A DNA stretch of 64,000 bases from an uncultured bacterium (lineage in GTDB: Bacteria > Fidelibacterota > Marinisomatia > Marinisomatales > JAHJCW01): contig CAZWKR010000006.1 in assembly GCA_964634215.1 (NCBI GenBank), positions 79,607 through 143,606 on the forward strand. The letters run 5' to 3'. The position numbers were made by a program, and so were the translations under genes. A model generated the notes under the pieces. That model had not been told where the DNA came from. It made no database searches and saw nothing but the letters and a program-made list of their open reading frames with translations. The stretch's first letter is position 1. Each line of letters starts with the position of its first letter. Of this stretch, positions 36,000-45,659 are shown piece by piece.

Positions 36000-38156
36000 A
36001 TGACAAATATTATAAAAACATTAAAAAACCAAGATTCGATTGAATGGAAAGGAATATTCCAATTATCGCTAAAAATTGCCGGATTTGGATTCATTGCTGG
36101 AATGATACTTTTAATTATTCTTTCACGTGGATTACCATCAGTTGAACAATTGGAAAAATTTGATCCTGACCTTGTAACGCAAATATACTCAAGCGATGGT
36201 GTTCTTATTGATCAATTATTTCAAACTAAACGCGTTTTTGTCAATCCTGATAGTATTCCGGTATTTATGAAAAATGCTACAGTTGCATCAGAAGACAAGC
36301 GGTTTGAAAAGCATTGGGGGCTTGATTCACAAAGCTTTCTACGTGCGCTTACGATCAATATTTTATCGTTGAGTTATGAACAGGGTTTTAGTTCGATCAC
36401 TCAACAATTAGCAAGAAACTTATATGACACAATAGGTTTTGAAAATTCCATTTGGCGCAAAATAAAAGAGATCATTACTGCTATCCAAATTGAACGGACA
36501 TATACAAAAAATGAAATTTTGGGTATGTATTTGAATACTGTACATTTTGGGCATGGTACATATGGAGTTGAAGCAGCAGCTAAAAGGTTCTATGGTAAAA
36601 ATACTAGTAATTTATCGCTTGGTGAAAGTGCTATGTTAGTTGGTTTGCTTCCATCTCCTGCATCTTATTCGCCGATAAATCATTGGGAAAGAGCGGTAAT
36701 CCGAAGGAACATCGTGTTAAGTCTAATGATCGAGCAAGGTTATATATCCGAAGTTGAAAGAGATTCTGCACAAACAATGACCGAATTAGATGTTACTGAA
36801 ATTGCAAACACTGGACTGGCTCCATATTTTATCGAGAACGTTCGTCGTATTTTAGAAAAAGAGGATAATAAATTAGGTGTAAATATTTATCGTGACGGAT
36901 TAAAAATTTACACTACACTTGATTCACGACTTCAGATAATAGCAGAAGAAGTATCTCGAACACAAATTCAAATCAACCAACAAAGATTCAACAATCAACT
37001 GTTCAACGATGATGAATTATTTTCAAGTCTAGTAGATTTTGAGAAATATTCTGTTGATACTGTAAAAATGATGATGCGTGGCGAAATACCGCTATACGAA
37101 GAATTACGTAATAAATTGCTTGTTCAAACAGCATTTGTTGCTCTAGATCCAAAAACAGGAGCAATTCTTGCTATGGTTGGTGGTCGACCCGATTATCACG
37201 ATCAGTACAATCGTGCGGTTCAAGCACCAAGACAACCCGGATCTGTTTTTAAACCATTTATTTATACAACTGCAATTGATAATGGTTATCCTGTTACTGA
37301 ACAATTATTGAATCAACGGGTGGTTCTTAATAGACAAGATGGTTACGGAGAATGGATAAAATGGATGCCTCGTAACGACGATGAATCAACAGGTGGCTTA
37401 ACAACATTACGTGAAGGATTGCAAAGATCCCTAAATCTAATATCAATTAGAATGGTTCAGCAAAAATTGGCACCTGCTGACCAAATAAAGAATACTGCCG
37501 AACGTATGAAATTCACAACTCCCATTAAACCGGTTGATGCAATTGCACTAGGTGTGTCGGAAGTATATCCTATAGAAATTGTGGCAGCTTATGGAGCTTT
37601 CTCAAATAATGGAGTTTACTCTAAACCATTTGCGATTAAACGCATTGAAGATAGGTTTGGAAACGTAATAGCTGAATATTTCCCGGAACAAGAAGAAGTA
37701 TTAAATGAACGTACCGCTTATGTAGTTACAAGTCTAATGGAATCCGTGGTAAATAAAGGCACCGGTGCCCGATCTCGTTGGGCATACAATTTTTATCGCC
37801 CTGCAGCAGGAAAAACAGGGACATCTCAAGATTATCGCGATGCATGGTTTGTTGGTTTTACTCCGCAAATAGTAGCAGGTACTTGGTTTGGGATTGACGG
37901 TCCTCCAATTGTCAGTTTAGGAGATAGACAATTTGGAAATTTAGCAGCATTGCCGGTTTGGGCAAAATTTATGAAAGCCGCTCACGATAGTTTAGAATTG
38001 CCGGAAGAAGATTTTATTCGTCCTGAGGGAGTGCTGGAAGTAGAAATATGTTCGGAGTCCAAAAAAAATCCTACATCGGGTTGTCAGGTGGAAAAGGAAA
38101 TATTTATTAGTGGAACGGAACCAATAGATACTTGTGATTTACATCGCATATATTAA
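36000..38156 (+). CDS. mrcA: class A penicillin-binding protein (PBP1A; transglycosylase/transpeptidase)
   Basis: 718 aa. GT51 'EDKRFEKHWG' and 'RKIKEIITAIQIE'. Transpeptidase 'GSVFKP' (SxxK), 'SLN', 'KTGTS'. Confidence 0.9.
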   Translation: MTNIIKTLKNQDSIEWKGIFQLSLKIAGFGFIAGMILLIILSRGLPSVEQLEKFDPDLVTQIYSSDGVLIDQLFQTKRVFVNPDSIPVFMKNATVASEDKRFEKHWGLDSQSFLRALTINILSLSYEQGFSSITQQLARNLYDTIGFENSIWRKIKEIITAIQIERTYTKNEILGMYLNTVHFGHGTYGVEAAAKRFYGKNTSNLSLGESAMLVGLLPSPASYSPINHWERAVIRRNIVLSLMIEQGYISEVERDSAQTMTELDVTEIANTGLAPYFIENVRRILEKEDNKLGVNIYRDGLKIYTTLDSRLQIIAEEVSRTQIQINQQRFNNQLFNDDELFSSLVDFEKYSVDTVKMMMRGEIPLYEELRNKLLVQTAFVALDPKTGAILAMVGGRPDYHDQYNRAVQAPRQPGSVFKPFIYTTAIDNGYPVTEQLLNQRVVLNRQDGYGEWIKWMPRNDDESTGGLTTLREGLQRSLNLISIRMVQQKLAPADQIKNTAERMKFTTPIKPVDAIALGVSEVYPIEIVAAYGAFSNNGVYSKPFAIKRIEDRFGNVIAEYFPEQEEVLNERTAYVVTSLMESVVNKGTGARSRWAYNFYRPAAGKTGTSQDYRDAWFVGFTPQIVAGTWFGIDGPPIVSLGDRQFGNLAALPVWAKFMKAAHDSLELPEEDFIRPEGVLEVEICSESKKNPTSGCQVEKEIFISGTEPIDTCDLHRIY

Positions 38157-38349
38157 TTGTAACAATTAGTATTTAATATTCTCATATAATACAATTTATA
38201 CAATAAGAATATTAATTACCAATATCCACATGCCATCACTTATTGTATTGTAATACAATTCAAACAATAAATAAAAATAATATCTAACTAAGAAAATTGT
38301 ATAAATTACATTATTGCTATTTACTAATAATTTGTAAAAGGAGAGTGAT

Positions 38350-39099
38350 ATGTCCAATATATTAGTTAAAACTGTCTTTTATAGGAGTAGCCCCCAAATT
38401 CGATACTTCATAAAAACGACAAAATATTTAACATTCACTCTTTTACTAATAGTATTGTTAAATCTATTTAGTAGTTGTGACAAAGCTGAATCCAATCTTG
38501 GCCCAGGTAGTGTAACTCAAATTGAATGGACTGATGCCATCCACGGTAGAATTACTGATACACGTGACAATATCGAATATGCGGTGGTTTTGATTGGGGA
38601 TCAGGTTTGGTTAGCTGAAAATTTTGCTTATAATGCAGGAACTGGAAGTTGGGCTTATAATGATGATGAAAGTAACGTAACAACTTATGGTCGATTATAT
38701 GATTGGGCAACAGCAAACTCTATTTGCCCGATTGGTTGGCACCTGCCTAACGATGCAGAATGGAATCAACTAGCTGAATATATAAGTAATGATAATGGTG
38801 GGTACAATACGTATGGTGATTGGTGGCAAAAAGTTGGTGACCATTTAAAATCAACTTACGGATGGAACGAAGATGATTATAATGGAACTGATGATTATGA
38901 TTTTACTGGTCTTCCGGGTGGTTTTCGTTCTGTCTTCTATAGTTCTTTTGACGAAATTGGCAAATATGGTTTTTGGTGGTCCGCTACTGAGTGGGACAAT
39001 GTATCATCTAGATACTGGGTGCTAAGTGGGGCAAGTACATTTGGATGGCTATCTAGCGATAGGGGCGATGGATTCAGTGTTCGTTATATAAAAGATTAG
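38350..39099 (+). CDS. Fibrobacter succinogenes major paralogous domain (FISUMP) protein
   Basis: 249 aa. 'VWLAENF', 'YGRLYDWATANSICPIGWHLPNDAEWNQL', 'GFWWSAT', 'GFSVRYIKD'. Confidence 0.75.
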   Translation: MSNILVKTVFYRSSPQIRYFIKTTKYLTFTLLLIVLLNLFSSCDKAESNLGPGSVTQIEWTDAIHGRITDTRDNIEYAVVLIGDQVWLAENFAYNAGTGSWAYNDDESNVTTYGRLYDWATANSICPIGWHLPNDAEWNQLAEYISNDNGGYNTYGDWWQKVGDHLKSTYGWNEDDYNGTDDYDFTGLPGGFRSVFYSSFDEIGKYGFWWSATEWDNVSSRYWVLSGASTFGWLSSDRGDGFSVRYIKD

Positions 39100-39164
39100 T
39101 AAATTTAAAAATTATTCACTTTTTTTTATATACATCCAATAGAATAAGTTGTTACTGGAAATTC

Positions 39165-40457
39165 TTAGCCGAGAATTAGTTTGTGTTCAACCTTATTTTC
39201 ACCAATCTGAAAACAGCTCTTTAATAGAGTTTCAGCACCTGTCAGTTTGTTACTATCAGAATTATAAAATTTAAGCAATGTGTCGCCTTTGTTAATTTTG
39301 TCACCAAGTTTTTTGTCAAATTGAATGCCTGCAGTTGGATCCACAATATCTATAGTTTTTTTTCTACCACAGCCTAACTCAACTGTCGCTATACCAATTT
39401 TGTAAGTGTCAATGCTTTGTATATAACCAGATTCTTCTGATTTCAAACTACTAGAATATTTTGGTTGATGTAATTTGGTGTAATTTCCTATGTCTTTTGA
39501 ATTTCCGCCTTGATATTCGACCATTTCTATAAATTTTTTGAAAGCTTTTCCATTTGATATTAATTCGTTTTGTAATGAGAAAGCTTCAGACTTAGTCTGA
39601 GCTAATCCTGCTTGCAATAATATTTTAGCTCCAAGTTCAAAAGTAACAAGCATTGTATCATCCGGGCCGTTTCCCTGTAATCCATCAATGGATTCCTGCA
39701 CTTCGCACCAAAGTCCGGCAGTTTTTCCTAGTGGCTGATCCATGCTTGTATAAACCACATCTGTATTAATATTGAAAGATTTCCCAATTCTTATCAGCGA
39801 ATTACCAAGTTTGTGTGCATCATCAATATTTTTCATGAAAGCACCGTTACCTGTTTTAACATCCAATACCAATCCGCTAATTCCTTCAGCTATTTTTTTA
39901 CTCATAATGGAGCCACTAATTAATGGCACAGATTCAATAGTACCGGTAACATCGCGCAGAGCATACATCCTACGGTCAGCCGGACAAATTTCTTTTGTTT
40001 GACCAATCATTGCGATTCCAATTGAATCAACTTGTTTGCGAAAATCATCAAGATTTATATCAACTTTAAAGCCGGGAATTGTTTCTAGTTTATCAAGAGT
40101 TCCACCAGTGTGACCAAGGCTTCTACCGCTTAACATTGGAATTGCAATTCCGGCCGCTGCTAATAATGGCCCTAGTATAATTGATACTTTGTCACCAACA
40201 CCACCCGTACTGTGTTTGTCGGCAACATAGTTGCTGCTATGTGTAAAATCCATTCTTTCGCCGGAATTCAGCATTACATCAACTAAAGCTGATATTTCGG
40301 AATCCGTCATTCCATTAAAGAAAATTGCCATCAACAAAGCAGACATTTGATATTCCGGTATTTCTCCACTTAGGTAATCAAATATAAAATCTTTTATTTG
40401 TGAATGTGATATTTCACCACCGTTCCGTTTTTGCTTAATAATTTCCGAGGGTATCAT
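39165..40457 (-). CDS. deoA: thymidine / pyrimidine-nucleoside phosphorylase
   Basis: 430 aa. 'DKHSTGGVGDK', 'SGRSLGHTGGTLDKLE'. Confidence 0.9.
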   Translation of the reverse strand: MIPSEIIKQKRNGGEISHSQIKDFIFDYLSGEIPEYQMSALLMAIFFNGMTDSEISALVDVMLNSGERMDFTHSSNYVADKHSTGGVGDKVSIILGPLLAAAGIAIPMLSGRSLGHTGGTLDKLETIPGFKVDINLDDFRKQVDSIGIAMIGQTKEICPADRRMYALRDVTGTIESVPLISGSIMSKKIAEGISGLVLDVKTGNGAFMKNIDDAHKLGNSLIRIGKSFNINTDVVYTSMDQPLGKTAGLWCEVQESIDGLQGNGPDDTMLVTFELGAKILLQAGLAQTKSEAFSLQNELISNGKAFKKFIEMVEYQGGNSKDIGNYTKLHQPKYSSSLKSEESGYIQSIDTYKIGIATVELGCGRKKTIDIVDPTAGIQFDKKLGDKINKGDTLLKFYNSDSNKLTGAETLLKSCFQIGENKVEHKLILG

Positions 40458-40463
40458 ATATTC

Positions 40464-41828
40464 CTACTTCTTTCGATTTAAAAATGATGGCCACTTTATA
40501 CGCAGTGGTGTGCGTTCTCTTACTGTCCTAACTGTTAAATAAAATGCAATTATAAATAAAGCTACATTGGGAGCCCACATACCAACCACAGGTGAAACTA
40601 TATTCCGATCAGCCATTTCTTCACCACCAATTAATAATAAATAATAAATTAAGAAAAATCCGAAGCTTAAACTAATTCCTACTACAAAGCCACCTTTGCG
40701 AGCCAAGACCCCTAAAGGAGCTCCTAATAAAACAAACAAAATACATGCGACAGGTAAGGAGAATTTTTTATGAATTTCAACGCCATATTTATTAATACTT
40801 TTTTGATAACTATTCAATAAATTGAATTCGTTGGTCATTTGGCGTTCCAGTGTTTTTACCTTGCGTGTTATTGTGTTGATTTGCGGTTGAGATAATGAAG
40901 TATCCTGTTCTACATCTAATTGATAATCGGATAGATCCGATAATGTTCTTTTAAGTGTTTTGGGAACGACTGAATTTCCCATAGTTTTAAAATAGTTACT
41001 ACCCATACGTTTCCAAACACTGTTAACTCTTCCTTGGTAGCTTTGTTTCCTTTCAAACATCATTGGAATTGTCATTTCTCTATCTGTTCGGTTGGATGTA
41101 TCGCGTCTCATTAACAAGAGATCATCCATAGGGATATTTATTTTATGTTTTGAAAATTGGATTCGTCGATATTCGCCAAAGTCTTTGATATCCAACTCAT
41201 GTATCTCACCGTTATAAAGTGTAAGGATTAATTCATTGCCGATTGTGTTAAGTGCACCGGTTTTTGAATATATACTAGTCTGTTTGTTACGACTGTTTTT
41301 ACTGAAAATTCGCACATCTTCCATAACTTCGCCCGTTTTACCGCCGATAATCATACCGTAGTCCGGTAAATCGCCTATAAAATGTCCCGGATCAATACTC
41401 ATGATAGGTCTTTTTCGATAAATATCACCTGATAAAATTCTAGCTTTAAAATTCATTTCAGGTAAAATATAATTATTAAAATAGAGTAAGAATAAACATA
41501 CAATTGTTCCAAAAATTAATCCAGGTCTGATAATTTTAAGAAAACTAATTCCTGCTGCTCTCATAGCAGTAATTTCATTGTCTTCAGACAGTCTTCCAAA
41601 AGTCATTAGCGAGGCTATTAATACAGCCATCGGTATCGCTAAGGCGACGATCCAAGCTAAGTTTAGAAATAAATATTCGAGTATTGTAAAGGTATCAATA
41701 CCTTTTCCGAGAAATCGATCAATTGCACGTAGCAGGAATTGCACGAATAGGATAAATACTATTACCAATAATGAAAATATGAAGGGTGAAAGCAATTCTA
41801 TGATAATATATCGGCGTAGTAAGCGCAT
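40464..41828 (-). CDS. LptF/LptG-family (YjgP/YjgQ) permease
   Basis: 454 aa. 'MRLLRRYIIIELLSPF' N-terminus, 3+3 TM topology and a large central loop. Confidence 0.8.
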   Translation of the reverse strand: MRLLRRYIIIELLSPFIFSLLVIVFILFVQFLLRAIDRFLGKGIDTFTILEYLFLNLAWIVALAIPMAVLIASLMTFGRLSEDNEITAMRAAGISFLKIIRPGLIFGTIVCLFLLYFNNYILPEMNFKARILSGDIYRKRPIMSIDPGHFIGDLPDYGMIIGGKTGEVMEDVRIFSKNSRNKQTSIYSKTGALNTIGNELILTLYNGEIHELDIKDFGEYRRIQFSKHKINIPMDDLLLMRRDTSNRTDREMTIPMMFERKQSYQGRVNSVWKRMGSNYFKTMGNSVVPKTLKRTLSDLSDYQLDVEQDTSLSQPQINTITRKVKTLERQMTNEFNLLNSYQKSINKYGVEIHKKFSLPVACILFVLLGAPLGVLARKGGFVVGISLSFGFFLIYYLLLIGGEEMADRNIVSPVVGMWAPNVALFIIAFYLTVRTVRERTPLRIKWPSFLNRKK

Positions 41829-41964
41829 AGTGAAAGTTACAATTCGTGACCCGATTTGAAAAAGATATTTGATAGAGGTTTAGACATGTTTTTAATTATT
41901 ATAAGTTCAACTTGATTAGAAGAAAAATCACATTTAATTTTCGCCGCTCATTTTAGAGCCGAAT

Positions 41965-42039
41965 GGTGGGAGTAGCTCAGCTGGTTAGAGCTCCTGGTTG
42001 TGGTCCAGGTGGTCGTGGGTTCGAGTCCCATCTCTCACC
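41965..42039 (+). tRNA. tRNA-His (GUG)
   Basis: Hand-folded cloverleaf: encoded G-1 opposite C73, acceptor GUGGGAG/CUCUCAC, anticodon loop UUGUGGU, T-loop UUCGAGU. Confidence 0.9.
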
Positions 42040-42049
42040 CGCCATTTTT

Positions 42050-42124
42050 CGGGGTGTAGCGCAGCCCGGTTAGCGCACCTGCTTTGGGAGCAGGGGGTCG
42101 GAGGTTCGAATCCTCTCACCCCGA
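42050..42124 (+). tRNA. tRNA-Pro (UGG)
   Basis: Acceptor CGGGGUG/CACCCCG, D-arm GCGC/GCGC, anticodon loop UUUGGGA, T-arm GGAGG-UUCGAAU-CCUCU. Confidence 0.9.
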
Positions 42125-42130
42125 CATTAA

Positions 42131-42167
42131 AATCCCTCTCTATAAACACAGTTTGTTGAGAGGGATT
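42131..42167 (+). terminator. hairpin terminator after the tRNA pair
   Basis: AATCCCTCTC...GAGAGGGATT 10-bp stem with an inner AAAC-ACA-GTTT. Confidence 0.5.
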
Positions 42168-42350
42168 CGTTATTTATACATTACATAACTTATAGATTGG
42201 CTAAGTCAAACAATAGCACATTATGGACATACTTCAATTATTCAACCAATTTTAAAATTTCAACTTACTTTAACGGGAGTAGGGTATTGTGGTGAGATAT
42301 TCCTAAACATAATCTTAAATAATTTTTAAAAAAATATACTCTTGACAATA

Positions 42351-44252
42351 CTAATAATTTTCATACATCGTAACATATGTATTAAAATTGTCACCGCTAA
42401 CTAGATTTGGATCAGTAAATAATGCTGCAACATTATTTAGGGGAAATACCAAATTATCACAAGTCATAATTTGGTTATTATTTGGTCCAAAATTATTGTT
42501 GTATATTCTATATCCACCCCCACTCGACACCGTTGTAACAGGTACTCCACGGATTAGAACATGAACTTCATTATTTCCCAAGAATTGATTGTGATGTATT
42601 TTAATCCAACTTCCTGCTTGCCCGTTGTCCCATAAGAAACCAAAACCACACGCACCATAGGAATCGTTGCCATGCACGTCAAAGTGTGCGTCTTCATCAT
42701 CGGTATTTGCTAAAATTGTGTTATAAGAAGCTTCGTATCTAACCCCTAAATAATCTATATCGTCACTATTTTTAAGATCCCGACTGGCAACGTGGTGTCT
42801 ATTATTTTTAAATTTATTATTATTTATATAAACTTCGCTATTTCTGTTAATTACAATTCCATATCCGTTTGGAGATTGTTGATTGTCATGAATATAATTA
42901 GAACTTATATATCCTTTTTTATATGTAGAGGATGTGTCTCCATCAAAACCTATTGCATAATTGCTGAATCCGACTATCTCGCAATTTTTTATTTTTACAT
43001 TATTTTTGTTATATACGTTGATACCTTTTGAGTCGTAACTATTATCCCCAATTAATCTGATACCCCATATTTCGGAATTTTTCCCCATTTCAAAAAATGC
43101 GCCTGATGATATAGTCCCATTTGCGTAAAATATTTTTCCGCCATCTCCGTAACTCCTGCCATTACCATTAATAATCACACCTTCTTCTAATTTATAATTT
43201 GAAGATGTAGTTAAAGTTATATCGTTTTCTATAATAATATACGCATATTCAACTTGAACGGCTGCTCTCAGTTCTGGCTCAGTTTTAACAAGAATTATGC
43301 TAGTTATTGTAGCTGGTACAGTTGGGGAGTCTATAACAGTTAGATTTCCATAACGTGTATCTTGTCCTCCATAATTATCTGTAACTGTAATCATAACAGA
43401 ATACGAACCAGCATTAGTTGGTGCTATCCAGTTTACTAAAGAATCTGTTCCTGTAATTGTTCCACCATTTGGAACGTATGAATATGTCAAAGCATCGTTA
43501 TCGCCATCAATAGCACTTACAGTCACCGCAGCAACACCGCTTGGTGAAACTGAATTTGGAATTATCATAACTGAGTTTATTATTGGTTCATTATTTATGA
43601 CGCTAATACTTCTGGTAGTAAAAGCAGTTTTCTCTCCAGTATTTTTTACTTCAAGCTTTATAGTGTAAACACCATTAAAATTATATTGATGTGTAGTTAT
43701 TTTTGTTGACGAATAATCAGTGTCCCAACTGCCATCATTTGTCCAATCCCATCTTACTAATAATTCTTCAATGGCATCTTCCGAATCTATACTTTGTGAT
43801 GCATTAAAATTAAATATTGTACCTCTATCGCCTGAATCAGGACTAACAATAAAGTCAGCAACTGGCTCATTAAAATTATTAGATAAAATAATCCTAATTG
43901 GATCACTGTCTGATATATTATTATTTATGTCATATGCGCGAACAGTCACAATATATGAAACATTTTCGTAATTTGTTGTATTCCATTCTAATTTATATTG
44001 TTCTGTATTATCTGAGATACCTGAAAATTCTCCATCCAACCACAATTCCACTTTTTCAACTGCTTCATTATCAGTAGCAACACAAGATACAATAACAATT
44101 TCAAATACTACCTCATTATTCTGGGGGGTTAGGATACTAACGACGGGTGCCTCGTTATCTTCTTCAGATTTCGTGGATTGTTTACAGGAATGGACAATTA
44201 GAATGCAAAGACATATAAGTGAAATATATTTTAATCTCATGGTTACTCTCAA
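42351..44252 (-). CDS. secreted lipoprotein with Ig-like/PKD domains and a right-handed beta-helix domain
   Basis: 633 aa. Lipobox 'ILIVHSC'. PKD-like 'PVADFIVSPDSGDRGTIFNFNASQS...WDWTNDGSWD'. Beta-helix repeats 'VKIKNCEIVGFSNYAIGF'. Confidence 0.7.
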   Translation of the reverse strand: MRVTMRLKYISLICLCILIVHSCKQSTKSEEDNEAPVVSILTPQNNEVVFEIVIVSCVATDNEAVEKVELWLDGEFSGISDNTEQYKLEWNTTNYENVSYIVTVRAYDINNNISDSDPIRIILSNNFNEPVADFIVSPDSGDRGTIFNFNASQSIDSEDAIEELLVRWDWTNDGSWDTDYSSTKITTHQYNFNGVYTIKLEVKNTGEKTAFTTRSISVINNEPIINSVMIIPNSVSPSGVAAVTVSAIDGDNDALTYSYVPNGGTITGTDSLVNWIAPTNAGSYSVMITVTDNYGGQDTRYGNLTVIDSPTVPATITSIILVKTEPELRAAVQVEYAYIIIENDITLTTSSNYKLEEGVIINGNGRSYGDGGKIFYANGTISSGAFFEMGKNSEIWGIRLIGDNSYDSKGINVYNKNNVKIKNCEIVGFSNYAIGFDGDTSSTYKKGYISSNYIHDNQQSPNGYGIVINRNSEVYINNNKFKNNRHHVASRDLKNSDDIDYLGVRYEASYNTILANTDDEDAHFDVHGNDSYGACGFGFLWDNGQAGSWIKIHHNQFLGNNEVHVLIRGVPVTTVSSGGGYRIYNNNFGPNNNQIMTCDNLVFPLNNVAALFTDPNLVSGDNFNTYVTMYENY

Positions 44253-44659
44253 AGAAGCACTGAAAACTACAAATTATGGTAGAAAATGTAGTCTAATTTA
44301 TTTTGACACTATTAGTACTACTATTAAAAATAGGGCAAAACATGTAAAAAATGCTATTAGGGATACACTTCATTTTTTCAGCCATTCTCTAAATCTCAAC
44401 TTTGTTAGACTATATTGGAGTATTTTATTGAAAATTATTCTTAGATTTATAGTAATAAAATCTATGATAAAAAGTGATATATGGGTAAAAAATCAGTTCG
44501 TATTAATATAATACCTAAAACAATATTGCGCTGTTTATTAGGCTCAACATTTCTCCTGTTAATTGCAAATATAGCCGTGCTGACATTTTACACTATTACC
44601 AATTCTAATAGTATATTAAGATTACAAAGGTTCGTATCTTATCATCGCGACAAGGGAAC

Positions 44660-44702
44660 CCTTCTCAATAAAAATATTTTATTGAGAAGGATTTTGTATT
44701 TT
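44660..44702 (+). terminator. orphan strong hairpin + T-tract in an ORF-poor region
   Basis: Perfect 14-bp stem CCTTCTCAATAAAA-ATA-TTTTATTGAGAAGG followed by ATTTTGTATTTTG. No credible upstream plus-strand CDS. Confidence 0.5.
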
Positions 44703-44718
44703 GAATCAATTGCTTATA

Positions 44719-44829
44719 TTAAACCAAGCCAAGTATTAATACTATTAGCAATCCATCTACTATTACTCCAGCAATTATTACTTCAAATAAACTGAAGCCT
44801 CTACCGCGTTTTCTTCTTTTTGTCTTCAT
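44719..44829 (-). CDS. 36-aa prepilin-leader-like mini-ORF (speculative)
   Basis: Hand translation MKTKRRKRGRGFSLFEVIIAGVIVDGLLIVLILGLV, near the class III signal G/FxLxE plus a hydrophobic helix. AGAGG lies 6 nt upstream. Confidence 0.25.
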   Translation of the reverse strand: MKTKRRKRGRGFSLFEVIIAGVIVDGLLIVLILGLV

Positions 44830-44906
44830 TTGTAACCTCTTAACTAATGTTGCCTTGGTAAGACAATATGCTAGATTAAATCACACGATTGTTAATTATT
44901 CAATAT

Positions 44907-45287
44907 CTATGAATTATTGTTCTTAGGAATGGCATACCCATTTTTTGTAAACCACTCGGTGAATTTTCGTTGGAGTTCATTTGGACCCCATAACTTGGCA
45001 AAGGCGATATTTGCAGCAGATAAATCTGTTCGAGATAATTCCTCGACATAATTTTTATATTCTTTAAGCTCTTTTAAGAACCTTACAAATTCAGCCTCAT
45101 TAATATTAAATAATAAATTCTTAATACCGATATTATCTACAGCTGATAACACTTCTTGCTGATGTACTGTTTTTGTAAATGATTTTAAATCAACAGTATT
45201 TTCATCCATTTCGGCTGTAAAATAATAGAAATTTAACATTCCCTGTATTAATTCTTTTAAATCATAATATAATCTAGAATCAATCAT
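44907..45287 (-). CDS. hypothetical protein downstream of response regulator
   Basis: 126-aa ORF, 3 nt after the receiver gene. No motif recognised. Confidence 0.45.
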   Translation of the reverse strand: MIDSRLYYDLKELIQGMLNFYYFTAEMDENTVDLKSFTKTVHQQEVLSAVDNIGIKNLLFNINEAEFVRFLKELKEYKNYVEELSRTDLSAANIAFAKLWGPNELQRKFTEWFTKNGYAIPKNNNS

Positions 45288-45290
45288 TAA

Positions 45291-45659
45291 TTATCCAAGA
45301 GTCATGGCAATAGTTTGTTCAAAATCTTTACTTACAAATGGTTTTGCTATGCATCCCTTGGCTCCCATTTTAAGTACTTGGTTTTCAATGGCTAGTTTGG
45401 GGTAAGAAGCAGTCATAAAAATAACAGGTATACCTTTTGTAATATTTAATTGAATTAATTTTTCAAATGCCCCAATTCCTCCACCATGTGGCATTTTAAC
45501 ATCCATTAATATTAGATCCGGTACCTCTTTTATGGCGATTTCAACACCCTCCACTCCGTCATGAGCTACAAATACTTCGTAGCCTTTTGCCTTAAGCCGT
45601 ATTGACAAGAGCCTTACAATGCCCGGCTCATCATCAACTATTAATATTTTTTTCTTCAT
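45291..45659 (-). CDS. single-domain response regulator (CheY-like receiver)
   Basis: 122 aa. 'ILIVDDEPG', 'DLILMDVKMP', 'VIFMTAS', 'CIAKP'. Confidence 0.85.
   Translation of the reverse strand: MKKKILIVDDEPGIVRLLSIRLKAKGYEVFVAHDGVEGVEIAIKEVPDLILMDVKMPHGGGIGAFEKLIQLNITKGIPVIFMTASYPKLAIENQVLKMGAKGCIAKPFVSKDFEQTIAMTLG

Noticed and set aside
44173-44795. Plus-strand ORFs 44173..44511 and 44481..44795.
   Set aside because: The first overlaps the 5' end of the 633-aa minus-strand lipoprotein gene. The second reads straight through a perfect 14-bp hairpin and overlaps the mini-ORF. Their composition is typical of AT-rich non-coding sequence.
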